Below are positions 20,851 through 30,941 of a stretch of DNA of 64,000 bases, one piece after another. A program made the position numbers and the translations under genes. Every line of letters starts with the position of its first letter. Position 1 is the first letter of the stretch. The stretch covers positions 64,001 through 128,000 of the forward strand of contig CAWDPO010000030.1 in assembly GCA_963804165.1 (NCBI GenBank), read 5' to 3'. Under the pieces are notes generated by a model, which had not been told where the DNA came from, did no database searches, and saw nothing but the letters and a program-made list of their open reading frames with translations. The DNA comes from an uncultured delta proteobacterium. GTDB lineage: Bacteria > Desulfobacterota > Binatia > UBA9968.

Positions 20851-22148
20851 TAAAGAACGAGACCGTCGCTGGAGTCTTCTGCGCCAGGCAATGGGCACGG
20901 CCGGTCTCGACGCGCTCATCAGTTTACCCAACGAAGGACACTGGGATCAGTTCGGCGCTGACACGCGCTACATGACCCAGATCGGCGGCACGCAAACCGA
21001 AGTCGGCGCTGTGCTGCCGCGTGAAGGCGATGTTACGGCCGTGGTGCGCGGCGCCAACGAGATCGAATGGTGGGGCTTGGCCCAGGATTGGGTGAAAGAT
21101 ATCCGCCCGTCGCGCCGCTCCTACGGCGAGCCGGTCATCGAGCGCCTCAAGGAAATTCGCGCCGAGCGCGTCGGAGTCATCGGACTCTCCGGTCTGGTGC
21201 GCGCGCCCGAAGGCGTGGTGCCCTGGGGAACTTTTGAAAAGATTCGCCAGGCGTTGCCGAACGTCAAATTCGAAAACGCCACGGATCTCATGCAAGATGT
21301 CCGATCGGTGAAAAGCGCCGAAGAAGTCGTTTTTGTCGAAAAAGCCGCCGACATCATCGGCAAAGCGATCGACGTGCTGATCGCCCACTCGAAAGTCGGC
21401 GTGCGCGAGAACGAACTCATCGCGCGAGATGCTGCGCGAGATCGTCCGCCAAGGCGGCGAACCGATCACCATGATGCTTTTCGGCACCGGCGGGCCGGAG
21501 GTGCCATGGGCGCAGCGCGTGTTCACGACGCGGCAATTGAAACCTGGCGATCTGATCAACACCGAAGTGGAAGGCAAATACGCCGGCTACATCGCCCAGG
21601 CGCTGCAACCCATCTCTCTCGGACCGAAGCCGAAAGACTTGGAGAAAATTTTCGACGCTACGAAAATCATTTTCGAAAAGATGCTCAAGTTTCTAAAGCC
21701 GGGCATCACGTTCGGCGCGGTCGTCAAGTTCTACCAAGATGAAGTGCAAGCAACCGGCTACGAGCCCGACGGCGCGCTCATGCACGGCCGCGGCCTCGGC
21801 GAAGACGCGCCGATGCTCTGGGGTGCGCGTCGCGATTTCCCCGAAAAAGAAGCGAAACTCAAAGAAGGCCATGTGTTCATCTTGAAGCCGGCTTGCAAGC
21901 AAGGCTTCATGCGCGACTCGATCCGCGCCGGCGACACCGTGGCGATCGAAGCCAATGGCGCGAGAAGACTCGGCAAGCGAAATTTGACGTTCGTAGCTGT
22001 TTGAGTCGTCACCGTGCAATCACGTGAACAAACGCTCGGTGTTTTCCAGTACTCCAACACTCCAGTACTCCAACTTTCTCTTCCACCTTGCCCGCAATTA
22101 AAGGTCGTACTATAGATTGGCTAAGACTCTCTCTGCGGAGGTTTTCCC

Positions 22149-22736
22149 ATGAGCGATGAAAATTTTAATCCCGATGCGCCGCTGCATATTCGCGGCTTAA
22201 ATCATTTGACTGTTCCGGTGAAGGATCGCTACCGCGCGGCACGTTTCTTCATCGTGGTTCTCGGCGGTGAGGCGCACCATGAGTCGGCGCCCGACCGCGC
22301 TGCGAAGGGCCTCGCCCGCTCTCTGCAGGTCGGCGTGCGTCTCGCGCCTGGCTTCGAAGTCGATCTGTTCGAGCAGAGCTTCGGCCAACCGGATTGGAAT
22401 CAATCCCACCCTCACCTGGCGCTCGACACATCGGCTGAAGATTTGGCGAAATGGACCGAGCATTTCAAGAAATGGCAAGTTCCGTTCGTCGGCCCAATGA
22501 CCCGCGCCGGCACAAAGGGCGCGGAGATTTATTTCAACGACCCCGACGGCAATCATCTCGAAATCCACTGCTCCGACGTGCCGCAATCTCAGCGCGAGCA
22601 ATTTCCGGTCGGCCCTTACGACAAAGGTCTTTGCGTGCACAAACAAGAGTGGCCGCCAAAAGAATTGGCCGACGAGGCCGAGCGGTTGTTCCAAGCCTCC
22701 CTGGCGCGCATGCGCGAACGGAGACAACCACACTGA
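22149..22736 (+). CDS. VOC/glyoxalase family protein
   Basis: GLNHLTVPVKD...HPHLAL...IYFNDPDGNHLEI. Confidence 0.88.
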   Translation: MSDENFNPDAPLHIRGLNHLTVPVKDRYRAARFFIVVLGGEAHHESAPDRAAKGLARSLQVGVRLAPGFEVDLFEQSFGQPDWNQSHPHLALDTSAEDLAKWTEHFKKWQVPFVGPMTRAGTKGAEIYFNDPDGNHLEIHCSDVPQSQREQFPVGPYDKGLCVHKQEWPPKELADEAERLFQASLARMRERRQPH

Positions 22737-22754
22737 AACGAGCCTACAACTCGC

Positions 22755-22890
22755 TCACCACGAAGCTCACGAAGGACACGAAGATTGCAATTTTCTCATA
22801 CTTCATGCTCTTCACGTCCTTCGTGGTGACTGATCTCTTTTGACTTCGCACGATTTGAACGATTGGAACGTTTGGAACGACTTGAACGGA
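22755..22890. repeat. Palindromic CACGAAG repeat followed by 9-bp tandem (TTGGAACG) repeats
   Basis: ACCACGAAG...CTTCGTGGT and GATTTGAACGATTGGAACGTTTGGAACGACTTGAACG. A related run lies on the opposite strand at about 24938-24985. Confidence 0.65.
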
Positions 22891-22897
22891 GTTCTCC

Positions 22898-24118
22898 ATG
22901 TCTGATCTTTATCCTTATCCCCGCTTCTCCCTCGCCGAGCGCGACCGCCGTTGGCAAGCCGTGCGCGAAAAAATGGCCGAGCAAAACATCGACGTCATCG
23001 TCACTCCGCAAAACACCGGCCACTCGATGGATTTTCAAGCCAACACGCGCTACCTCACCCACTGCGGCGGTGGCGGCGACGCGGATATCGCGGCGGTGTT
23101 CCCACTGAAGGGCGACGTCACCGCCATCGCCACGACGGCAAATCCGCGCTGGACGACCACGCAGGACTGGACAACCGACGTCCGGGAAGCGCGCCGGGAA
23201 TACGGCAAGATTATCGTGGAGCGCTTGAAAGAATTAAAAATCGAACACGGCCGCATCGGCATCACCGGCCTGGGGGAAGTCGAAGGCACGCGCACTCCCG
23301 AAGGAACGATACTGCACGGCACCTACGAAAAAATCCGTGAAGCATTTCCCCAAGCGGAAATTGTCGACGCCACGCCGATATTGACCGAAGTCCGCTATAT
23401 CAAGAGCCGGGAAGAAATCGACGTGCTGACTAAATCGATGGAGATCGTCGAGCACGCCTATCAAGCCGAGATCGAATCCGCAAAAGCCGGCGTCAGAGAC
23501 TGGGACGTTTGGGCCGCCACGCAATACGCGCTGATGCGCAACGGCTCGGAAATGCCCGTGCACTGCAATTGGATATCAGGGAAGAACGTCCGGCGCACAT
23601 TGACGCGGCCGAGCATGCGCGTGCTCGAACTTGGCGATTTGATCATCAACGAAATCGAAGCGTCGTGGATCGGTTACCGTTCTCAGGGTGTGCAGCCGGT
23701 TTTCGTCGGCAAGGCCGATCCGGTGCACCAGGAATTGATCAAAGTGCAGCGCGAGCTTTTCAATCGCGTGATGGAAAATCTCAAACCTGGCGTATCGGTC
23801 AAAGAACTGGCCGAGTTGACGTTGAAGACGAGCGCGACCGTCGCGCCGAAATCCGGCCCTGCCGCGGGCGCGCGCGGCGATTTGAACATGCACGGCCGGG
23901 GCGCCGGCGACGACGGCCCGATTATCACGGCGCACGCCAAAAGCCCGCGCCAGCTTTCCACCGTGCTGAGAGAGAACATGGTCTTCATCTGCAAACCTTC
24001 GGCGATCTCCGCCGACGGCCAATCGATCAGTACCTGGGGCGATACGGTAGTCATCACAAAAAACGGCGGGCAACGATTAGGCAAGCGACCGCATGATTTG
24101 GCGGTGTCGGCGGCCTGA
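22898..24118 (+). CDS. M24/creatinase-like hydrolase
   Basis: FSLAERDRRW...RYIKSREEI...GDLIINEIEA...MHGRGAG...FICKP...WGDTVVIT. Confidence 0.88.
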   Translation: MSDLYPYPRFSLAERDRRWQAVREKMAEQNIDVIVTPQNTGHSMDFQANTRYLTHCGGGGDADIAAVFPLKGDVTAIATTANPRWTTTQDWTTDVREARREYGKIIVERLKELKIEHGRIGITGLGEVEGTRTPEGTILHGTYEKIREAFPQAEIVDATPILTEVRYIKSREEIDVLTKSMEIVEHAYQAEIESAKAGVRDWDVWAATQYALMRNGSEMPVHCNWISGKNVRRTLTRPSMRVLELGDLIINEIEASWIGYRSQGVQPVFVGKADPVHQELIKVQRELFNRVMENLKPGVSVKELAELTLKTSATVAPKSGPAAGARGDLNMHGRGAGDDGPIITAHAKSPRQLSTVLRENMVFICKPSAISADGQSISTWGDTVVITKNGGQRLGKRPHDLAVSAA

Positions 24119-24349
24119 AAACAATTGTGGCAGAATGTATGGACACATCGCAGCCGAGGCGAACGTCCCGTTATGCCCGGCCCGTCGTAGGGGCGACCGG
24201 CCGGTCGCCCTGACCAGAAAAGAGAACGGGAGGGGGGCTGCATGTGAAAACCAGCAGAAACTGCCAGGCGTCCGACTGGAACTGGGACATGTTTACATCG
24301 GCCATAGTTTTTCGTTGCGCCCCCGTGTCCGTTGGACTAACCTCGTGAT

Positions 24350-24604
24350 ATGGCCCACTACTTGTTGATCGAGATGCCACTCCCGCGGTACGACGGATTT
24401 GTGGGGAAATTGGAGGTGCCCTCGCGGGCGTACGACATTATGATCGCCGCGAGCCTTGACCACCGCCCGTCGAATGATCGCTTCACACGCACAATGAAGA
24501 TCCTGTGCAAAATGGAGAAGGCCGAAATGCTCCTCGATCTCGCCAACGTGCTGTATCCTGAAGCCGCTCCAGACATCACCACAGCGATCAAATTGAACAA
24601 GTAG
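24350..24604 (+). CDS. Hypothetical protein
   Basis: 84-aa ORF with protein-like composition. No family recognised. Confidence 0.5.
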   Translation: MAHYLLIEMPLPRYDGFVGKLEVPSRAYDIMIAASLDHRPSNDRFTRTMKILCKMEKAEMLLDLANVLYPEAAPDITTAIKLNK

Positions 24605-24720
24605 CGTCATCGCCGCCTTCCCTTTTCCTGTCAGATCGCACACCTCGCGCGCTCAAAGAAAATTTATTGTCGCCGCTCCGGCAGCGCTTTTATAATCACT
24701 CCGTGAGGAAGGAGCGGCTC

Positions 24721-24909
24721 ATGAAATACCGCAAGCTCCCAGGAAACCTTCATCAATGGCACAATCAGCCTCCATGCCCGGAATGGCCCGATTCCGGATT
24801 TATGGAACACGACGCACCGGAAGAAAAAACTATTTGTTCCAACTGCGCGTCCATCACTAAACTCGGAGCCAAAGCCGCAGAGCCTAGTAAAGAGCCGAAG
24901 AAAAAATAG
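24721..24909 (+). CDS. Small hypothetical protein with WH...C...CxxC (possible metal binding)
   Basis: RBS GGAG, then MKYRK...WHNQPPCPEWP...ICSNC. Confidence 0.55.
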   Translation: MKYRKLPGNLHQWHNQPPCPEWPDSGFMEHDAPEEKTICSNCASITKLGAKAAEPSKEPKKK

Positions 24910-25211
24910 TGCATAGGGTGAGCGCTGCGCCTTAGCTCGTTCGGGCCGTTCAACCGCTTCGCTCCGTTCAAAACGTTAAAGACGTTTCCGAGTCGCGCTT
25001 TCGCCGTGACCAGGCCGTGTTGCGCCGAACACGCCGCATAACCTCGAACTGGTCGGCCAGTAGCCGGTTCAAGGCTTTCAGCTCGTCGCGCAGATCCATC
25101 AGCAACGCGATTTTGATGTGATCCGGGTCTGTGAGTTTCTCGGCAAGATTCCAATTCCGTCTTTATGCCGCGCCATCTACTGCCCTTTTTCCGCGCCAGG
25201 CTAGACGCCTG

Positions 25212-26729
25212 CTAACCCGCTTTACGTAACGATCTTTTCCAAGTCCAAAAGACAATCACGAGCGAGACGATCGTCATCCCCCACGCGAACCAATCGCCGA
25301 AGCGGACGTAGTAGGTCTCGTTGTTTAAGATTTCGACTTCGGCCTGCATCACCGCCGGTGTGAACATCGGCAGGGTTTGCACCACCTCGCCTTTCGCGTT
25401 CACCAGCGAAGTCACGCCCGTGTTGGTCACGCGCAACAGGCTACGGCGAGTTTCGATGGCGCGCGATTGCGACAACCACAAATGTTGCCAGGGCCCGACA
25501 GATTTTCCGTACCAGGCGTCGTTGGTCAGATTGACCAGAATATTCGCGCGCGTTTCGCTGACGAACTTACGCGATATTTCCGGCATCAAATCCTCGTAGC
25601 AGATCAACGGCGCGATCCGCACACCGCGTGGCAAACGAAACGCGATCGGCCCAGGTCCGGGCGTAAAGCCATCTGCAAGTGGCATGGCCGGCAGTAAAGA
25701 CAAAACTTTCGCGAAAGGTAAATATTCGCCAAAGGCGAGCAGCACTTGTTTGTGATAGTGGCCGAGAATACGTCCCTTGGCGTCAGTGAAGAATGCCGTG
25801 TTGAAGGCTTTCGCGCCAGGACGGCCGAGCGTGCCGCGAAAACTCTTGGCGCCGAAGATGAAAAACGTTTGGTCCGACTTGAAAGTCGGCATAATCTCCG
25901 GCGGCAAAGCCGACAGGTCCTCGGGCACCATAGCTTCGATCGCCGACTCGGGCCATATGACCAGCTGCACGGCATTCAATTGGTCGGTAAGCTTACGGTG
26001 TTGATCGAGGTTCTTCTGCGCCAGCACCGGGTTCCACTTAAGATCGATGTCGACGTTACCTTGCACCGCCGCCACCGCCAATTTTCTCGCCGCGGCCATT
26101 TCCTCGCCCACGCTTTGGATTCTCTGGTACCCATAAACGAGCGAAAGCATGACCGCTAGAGCAGAATAGGCCAGCGGCAGAAAACGAACCGATGGTTCCT
26201 GTGCGCGCTCCGACGCCGCCCGATATACCGCGGCGCTAAACCACATAACGATGAATCCGGCGCCGTAAGGTCCGACCAGGTCTGCGCTTTGGATGAACCA
26301 CAAAAACGACACTTGCGAATTCGCCAAGTGCCAGGGAAATAACAACGGAAACAAAAACTCGATCGCCACCCAGAATATGGCCGGAAAGATTTGCAAGGGA
26401 CCGAGGCCCGCGACGCGCACGAGCATCGCGAACAGCGCCATTTGAATCGCCTGCAAGGCTGCGTAAAGCAGGAACACGATCACACTTATGGAATAATGAA
26501 ATCCGCCGAAAGCACTGATCGTGTAAACCAGCCAATGAAACCCGATGAGATGCGCGGCGAAGCCCGTCAGCCAACCGTAGAAAATCGCTCGCCGGGCATT
26601 TTCTGCGCGATGCAATGCCCAAAACAGCGGTACAAACGCGAACCACGCCAGCGGAAACAGGTTCGGCCACAAGTAGGGAGTTGCGAGCAGAGCTGCTGAT
26701 AGGAGCGCGGCAAAATAATTACTTGACAT
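25212..26729 (-). CDS. lnt: Apolipoprotein N-acyltransferase
   Basis: VQGNV, IWPES, YHKQVLLAFGEYLP, LICYE, NLTNDAWYG and RVTNTG. Confidence 0.95.
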   Translation of the reverse strand: MSSNYFAALLSAALLATPYLWPNLFPLAWFAFVPLFWALHRAENARRAIFYGWLTGFAAHLIGFHWLVYTISAFGGFHYSISVIVFLLYAALQAIQMALFAMLVRVAGLGPLQIFPAIFWVAIEFLFPLLFPWHLANSQVSFLWFIQSADLVGPYGAGFIVMWFSAAVYRAASERAQEPSVRFLPLAYSALAVMLSLVYGYQRIQSVGEEMAAARKLAVAAVQGNVDIDLKWNPVLAQKNLDQHRKLTDQLNAVQLVIWPESAIEAMVPEDLSALPPEIMPTFKSDQTFFIFGAKSFRGTLGRPGAKAFNTAFFTDAKGRILGHYHKQVLLAFGEYLPFAKVLSLLPAMPLADGFTPGPGPIAFRLPRGVRIAPLICYEDLMPEISRKFVSETRANILVNLTNDAWYGKSVGPWQHLWLSQSRAIETRRSLLRVTNTGVTSLVNAKGEVVQTLPMFTPAVMQAEVEILNNETYYVRFGDWFAWGMTIVSLVIVFWTWKRSLRKAG

Positions 26730-26862
26730 CTTAATGTTTGAAATATAAATGAAATTCCGGTCGGCGTTTTTTGTTTAAAAAGCAGCACTAAAAGTCTTTT
26801 CAGAAAATTATCACGAACCGCGCCTAAAAACATAGCTCGCTCGACGTCCCCCGGAGGAGTTT

Positions 26863-28578
26863 ATGGAATCATTGCACCGTCAGCTCGTTCACCTTGCCGT
26901 CGGAATATTTTTGATCACCATCGGCTCAAGTCCCGCCTCCGGTCAGTCGCCCTTGGGCGACGAATGGGAAACATTTTTAAAAGAGAAGGTCTCGTTCAGC
27001 GGCTTTATTGAAAATACCTCGGGCCTTTCGGTCAGCCACGGCAGCCGTTTCTTCGATACCTCGAACCGTTTCATCATGAACCGATTTACGATCCAGCCCG
27101 AGCTCAACGTCGATATGATCGACTGGGCTAAACTGTTTGTCTCGTGGCGGTTCGTCAAAGAGCCGCGGTACAACGCCGAAGCAAAGAGCCGGGAACAAAG
27201 CGTAACGTACTTCCCGCCGAGGCCAGTCAAGCCCCTACCTAACACCTTTTACGACGAGGACAGCTTTAAACCCTGGGAAGCCGTCCTCGATCTTCGGCCG
27301 CACGATCAGCTGAAGGTCCGGCTCGGCAGGCAGTTCATTTCATGGGGCGAGACCGATGGTTTCCGGCTGCTCGATCTCATCAATCCTCAGGATCTTACTT
27401 TCTCGCCGCCGGCCGCCCCCAATCTTTTCAATCTCGATGAAACGAGGATTCCTGCTTGGGGACTGCGAGCCCTGTACACAGTCCGCCCAGTGAGCAACAC
27501 GATTTTGGAATTTTTCGCCCTGCCCGGAGCTTTAGAACAGGCCAAGCAGCGAGTCGACGAGATCGTCGGTAGCAACGATACCGGCGATTTGAAGGTTCGC
27601 TATGGCCGGTGGTCGGCCCATCCGGAAACTCGACTGATGTTTTTGGGTCGTAACGCTTTCGGCAACTTGTTTGCTAATTCTCTCAACCCCGCCTGTTCTT
27701 CCGCCGCCCCACCCATTTCCATTTCTTGCCTCGTGATTCCCAGCACGAGCCGAGAGCTACCGGATGCCGGTGACAGTTGGAAGATCGGCGCGCGCATCAC
27801 GCATAGCATCGGCAAGTTGAACTTCGGCATTGGGTATATTTGGGGCTTCAATCCCCAGTCGACGGACATGGTTTTCAAAAATAAAGGGGTGACTTGCTCC
27901 GCGCCGGTGCCCGGGCCCTGCCTGGGTGGATTCGCGCCCAGTGTGGTCAACCTCAGACTGGTCAACGATCGGACGAATATTTTCGCCGGTCAATTCAATT
28001 ATCCGCTCGGTGACGTGCTGACGGTGCCCGTCAATACAACCATGAGAGGCGAAGTCGCCTTCTTTCCGGACAAGCCCTACAACATCTCAAAGTTCCCGGG
28101 AGCGTTCGGCCTAAAAGCCACGGTCGACCCGAAACATCCCGACGGCGTGGTCGAGAAACATACTTTGCGCTACGCGCTCGGTTTCGATCGCACCACGCTG
28201 ATTCCCTTCCTTCACCCTGACGATCCCTGGCGCGCCTTTAGTTTATCTTTCCAAATTTTTCAAAGCATCATCTTGAATCATGAAGACGGCATCCATCCCT
28301 TTTCCACGGCGGAGAAGATCAAGAAAGTCTCGACGACGTTGACGTTTAGAATCGGCACGGGCTACTTGGGCGATACGATTTTGCCGGACGTCTTCGTCGG
28401 CTACGATCCCGAAGGCTATTGGTCGGCCAATCCTTCAATCAGCTACGTGCCGCCGGGAAATGAGAAAATTCGCATAAGTCTGGTCGGCGCTTTGTACGGC
28501 GGCCGCAATAAATTCAAGTCGCTGGGTTTCTTCGACGAGAAAGACTCGGTTTTTCTCAAGATGCGTTATCAGTTCTGA
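26863..28578 (+). CDS. DUF1302-family outer-membrane beta-barrel protein
   Basis: LGRQFISWGETDGFRLLDLINPQD...ETRIP, C-terminal YQF, and position ahead of DUF1329. Confidence 0.8.
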   Translation: MESLHRQLVHLAVGIFLITIGSSPASGQSPLGDEWETFLKEKVSFSGFIENTSGLSVSHGSRFFDTSNRFIMNRFTIQPELNVDMIDWAKLFVSWRFVKEPRYNAEAKSREQSVTYFPPRPVKPLPNTFYDEDSFKPWEAVLDLRPHDQLKVRLGRQFISWGETDGFRLLDLINPQDLTFSPPAAPNLFNLDETRIPAWGLRALYTVRPVSNTILEFFALPGALEQAKQRVDEIVGSNDTGDLKVRYGRWSAHPETRLMFLGRNAFGNLFANSLNPACSSAAPPISISCLVIPSTSRELPDAGDSWKIGARITHSIGKLNFGIGYIWGFNPQSTDMVFKNKGVTCSAPVPGPCLGGFAPSVVNLRLVNDRTNIFAGQFNYPLGDVLTVPVNTTMRGEVAFFPDKPYNISKFPGAFGLKATVDPKHPDGVVEKHTLRYALGFDRTTLIPFLHPDDPWRAFSLSFQIFQSIILNHEDGIHPFSTAEKIKKVSTTLTFRIGTGYLGDTILPDVFVGYDPEGYWSANPSISYVPPGNEKIRISLVGALYGGRNKFKSLGFFDEKDSVFLKMRYQF

Positions 28579-28602
28579 TCGGTTAATGTGGAGGACGACT
28601 CA

Positions 28603-29847
28603 ATGATAATTCGGCGCAAAGAATTCTCGATTTTCAATTACGCGGCTTGCTGGGATTCGTCCTCGCGCTGTTCCTATGGCCCGCGACCAATCTGATCGCC
28701 GCGGACGCGGATCTTAAACCCGGCGACACCATCGGCCCCAATAACTGGCAACGAATTCAGGGCATGGTCGGCGAGAATTTTTTGAATCGGATCAAAGCCG
28801 GACATACCATCCAAATCAAACCATCAAAAGTTTATCGCCCGTTAAAAGAATACGCCGATGCGACGGAAAAATACTCCGGCAAAGTTCGCCTCGGCGCCAA
28901 CGGTGAACTTCTCGGCCACGTCGCCGGCCAACCTTTTCCGAAGCTCGATCTGAGCGATGCGCAGATCGGCCAGAAGCTCGCGTGGAATTTTTTCTGGCGC
29001 TGGCTGGGAGATGATTACAAAACCGGCGGCGCCGTCAAAGGCGGAAAAATCATTCGCTCGGCGATCGAAAAGGACGGCGCCGAACGGCGCGCCGACTTGG
29101 TTTCTTATTTTCTCTTTCCGACGAACGCGCTACATTTTGGATCCGAAACCGGTGATTCCCGGCTATGAGCATATCGACTACATGCAGCTGCGCGTCGACA
29201 GTTATCCGCGCGATGCCGCGGGCACGACGACCTTGGAAATCCGCTACGCCGATCCCAATCGCGCCGACGATCTGTACATTTATATTCCGAGCATTCGCCG
29301 CATTCGCCGCGCCACCACCACGCAGCGCTGCCAGACGCTGGCGCCGAGCGAGTTCAATCTCGACGATATCAACAGCTTCAACGGCAAGATCACCGATTTC
29401 AATTACAAGTTTCTCGGCGAAAAAAAGATGCTGGTGAATCTCAGCCAGGAACATTTGCCGTTCAATCGTAAGCCAGGCGACTATTTGCCGTTGGATGAGA
29501 AATGGGAAGTCGTCGACACCTACGTCCTCGAGATCACGCCCAAGGATTCCAATTATTGCTATCCGAGAAAGCTGCTGCACCTGAACAAGATGACCTTCGA
29601 TACCCATTGGACTTTGATCTGGGACAAGCGCGGTGAATATTGGAAAGAGCAGTTCGGCATGTTCACGCCGGTCAAACTCGCCGACGGCCGCGAAGTTTGG
29701 TCGGTCGCCGACGTCGTCATCGTCAATGTCCAAAACGGCCGCTCGACGATTGTCACAGCCACGCGCGCATACAACAAGGGCTACCCTGCCAGCATGTTCA
29801 GTCTGGCCACGCTTGAAAGCGTCATGCGCGGCGGCTCGATCGAGTAG
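28603..29847 (+). CDS. DUF1329-family (lipoprotein-sorting-like) periplasmic protein, frameshifted
   Basis: AGQPFP...KLAWNF...DDLYIYIPSIRRIRR...WDKRGEYWK. Confidence 0.82.
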
Positions 29848-29906
29848 ATTTGCCAACGTTTCCCATGGCGCGAGTGGGTTGCCGTCGCCGCTGAATAAGT
29901 TTTTCG

Positions 29907-30941
29907 ATGCGCTTTCTCGCTCTTTGCTTTGCCGGGCTGATCGTTGCATCGCACTGGCTTCTCTCCACGCCGCGACGGCTTTAAAAAATACCGCGGTTCA
30001 ACGAGAATTTTTATGGCGTCGACATCGTCGACGATCAGGCTTGGATCGTCGGCTACTACGGCACGATCCTGCATTCCGCCGGATCGCGGCCAAACCTGGC
30101 AAATTCAATCGACCGCCCACCCGGAACGCTCTTTTCAACGTGCGCTTCATCAATCCGTTAAAAGGTTGGATCAGCGGCAGCTACGGCATCCGTTCTGCAT
30201 ACCACGCGACGGCGGCAAGAGCTGGCACTCTCAGTCCGCCGGCACAACGGAGCATCTTTTCGGCTTCCTATTGGCTCGACGAGACCCACGGCTGGCTGGT
30301 CGGCAGCCGCGGCGCAACTGTGCGAACCAACGACGGTGGCCGTTCCTGGAGTACCTCTTCCGTACCGGGCGATTTCACTTTCAGCGGCGATCACATTCGT
30401 CAGCGCGTCGCGCGGCTGGATCGTCGGCGAGTTCGGCGTCATTTTCCAGACCTCGGATGGCGGTAAGAGTTGGCAAAAACAAAAAAGCCCCGTCGAGGTT
30501 TCGTTTTCTAGCGGCGCAAGCCAAAACTTGTTTGCGCTGCTATTCACGGCGCCGACCGACGGCTATGCCTTCGGACTCGATGGGCTCGTGCTCAAAACCC
30601 GGGACGGCGCCCGCTGGGAAATCGTCCGCCACCGCGAGACCGCCAATAGCGGCAGCGTCGCCAACCATCTTTTCGCCGCCGCCGCTTTCAACGGCCGCAT
30701 CTCGGTCGTCGGCGAACGAGGCACGCTGCTTCAATCCGATCCGGATAGCGGCAGCTGGCGGCAGGCCGGCGTTCAAATTCCGCGCCTCAGTTTGAACGGC
30801 ATCGCGTTCGGCAAAGACGGCTTCGGGCTGGCGGTCGGCAATCGAGGGCTCGTGTTGCGCACCGAGGATGGCGGCAAGAATTGGAAGCGGCTTAAGATCG
30901 ACGTTCAACTCGGCGCAAATAACCCTCGCCGCGCTCCATGA
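29907..30941 (+). CDS. YCF48/BNR-repeat protein, frameshifted
   Basis: Repeated GWIVG..G.I..T.DGG.SW motifs. Confidence 0.85.

Larger units (their letters stand above)
19674..22004 (+). pseudogene. M24/creatinase-like hydrolase interrupted by IS5 after about codon 12
   Basis: MALEKPIIPTFS at 19674 continues as KERDRRWSLL at about 20853, paralleling YPRFSLAERDRRW of the 22898 gene. Later motifs are VKSAEE and MHGRGLG. Confidence 0.82.

Noticed and set aside
22040-22890. Short tandem repeats (CCAGTACT/CCAACACT, TTGGAACG) as a CRISPR array
   Set aside because: The units are 8-9 bp with no unique spacers, and there are no cas genes.
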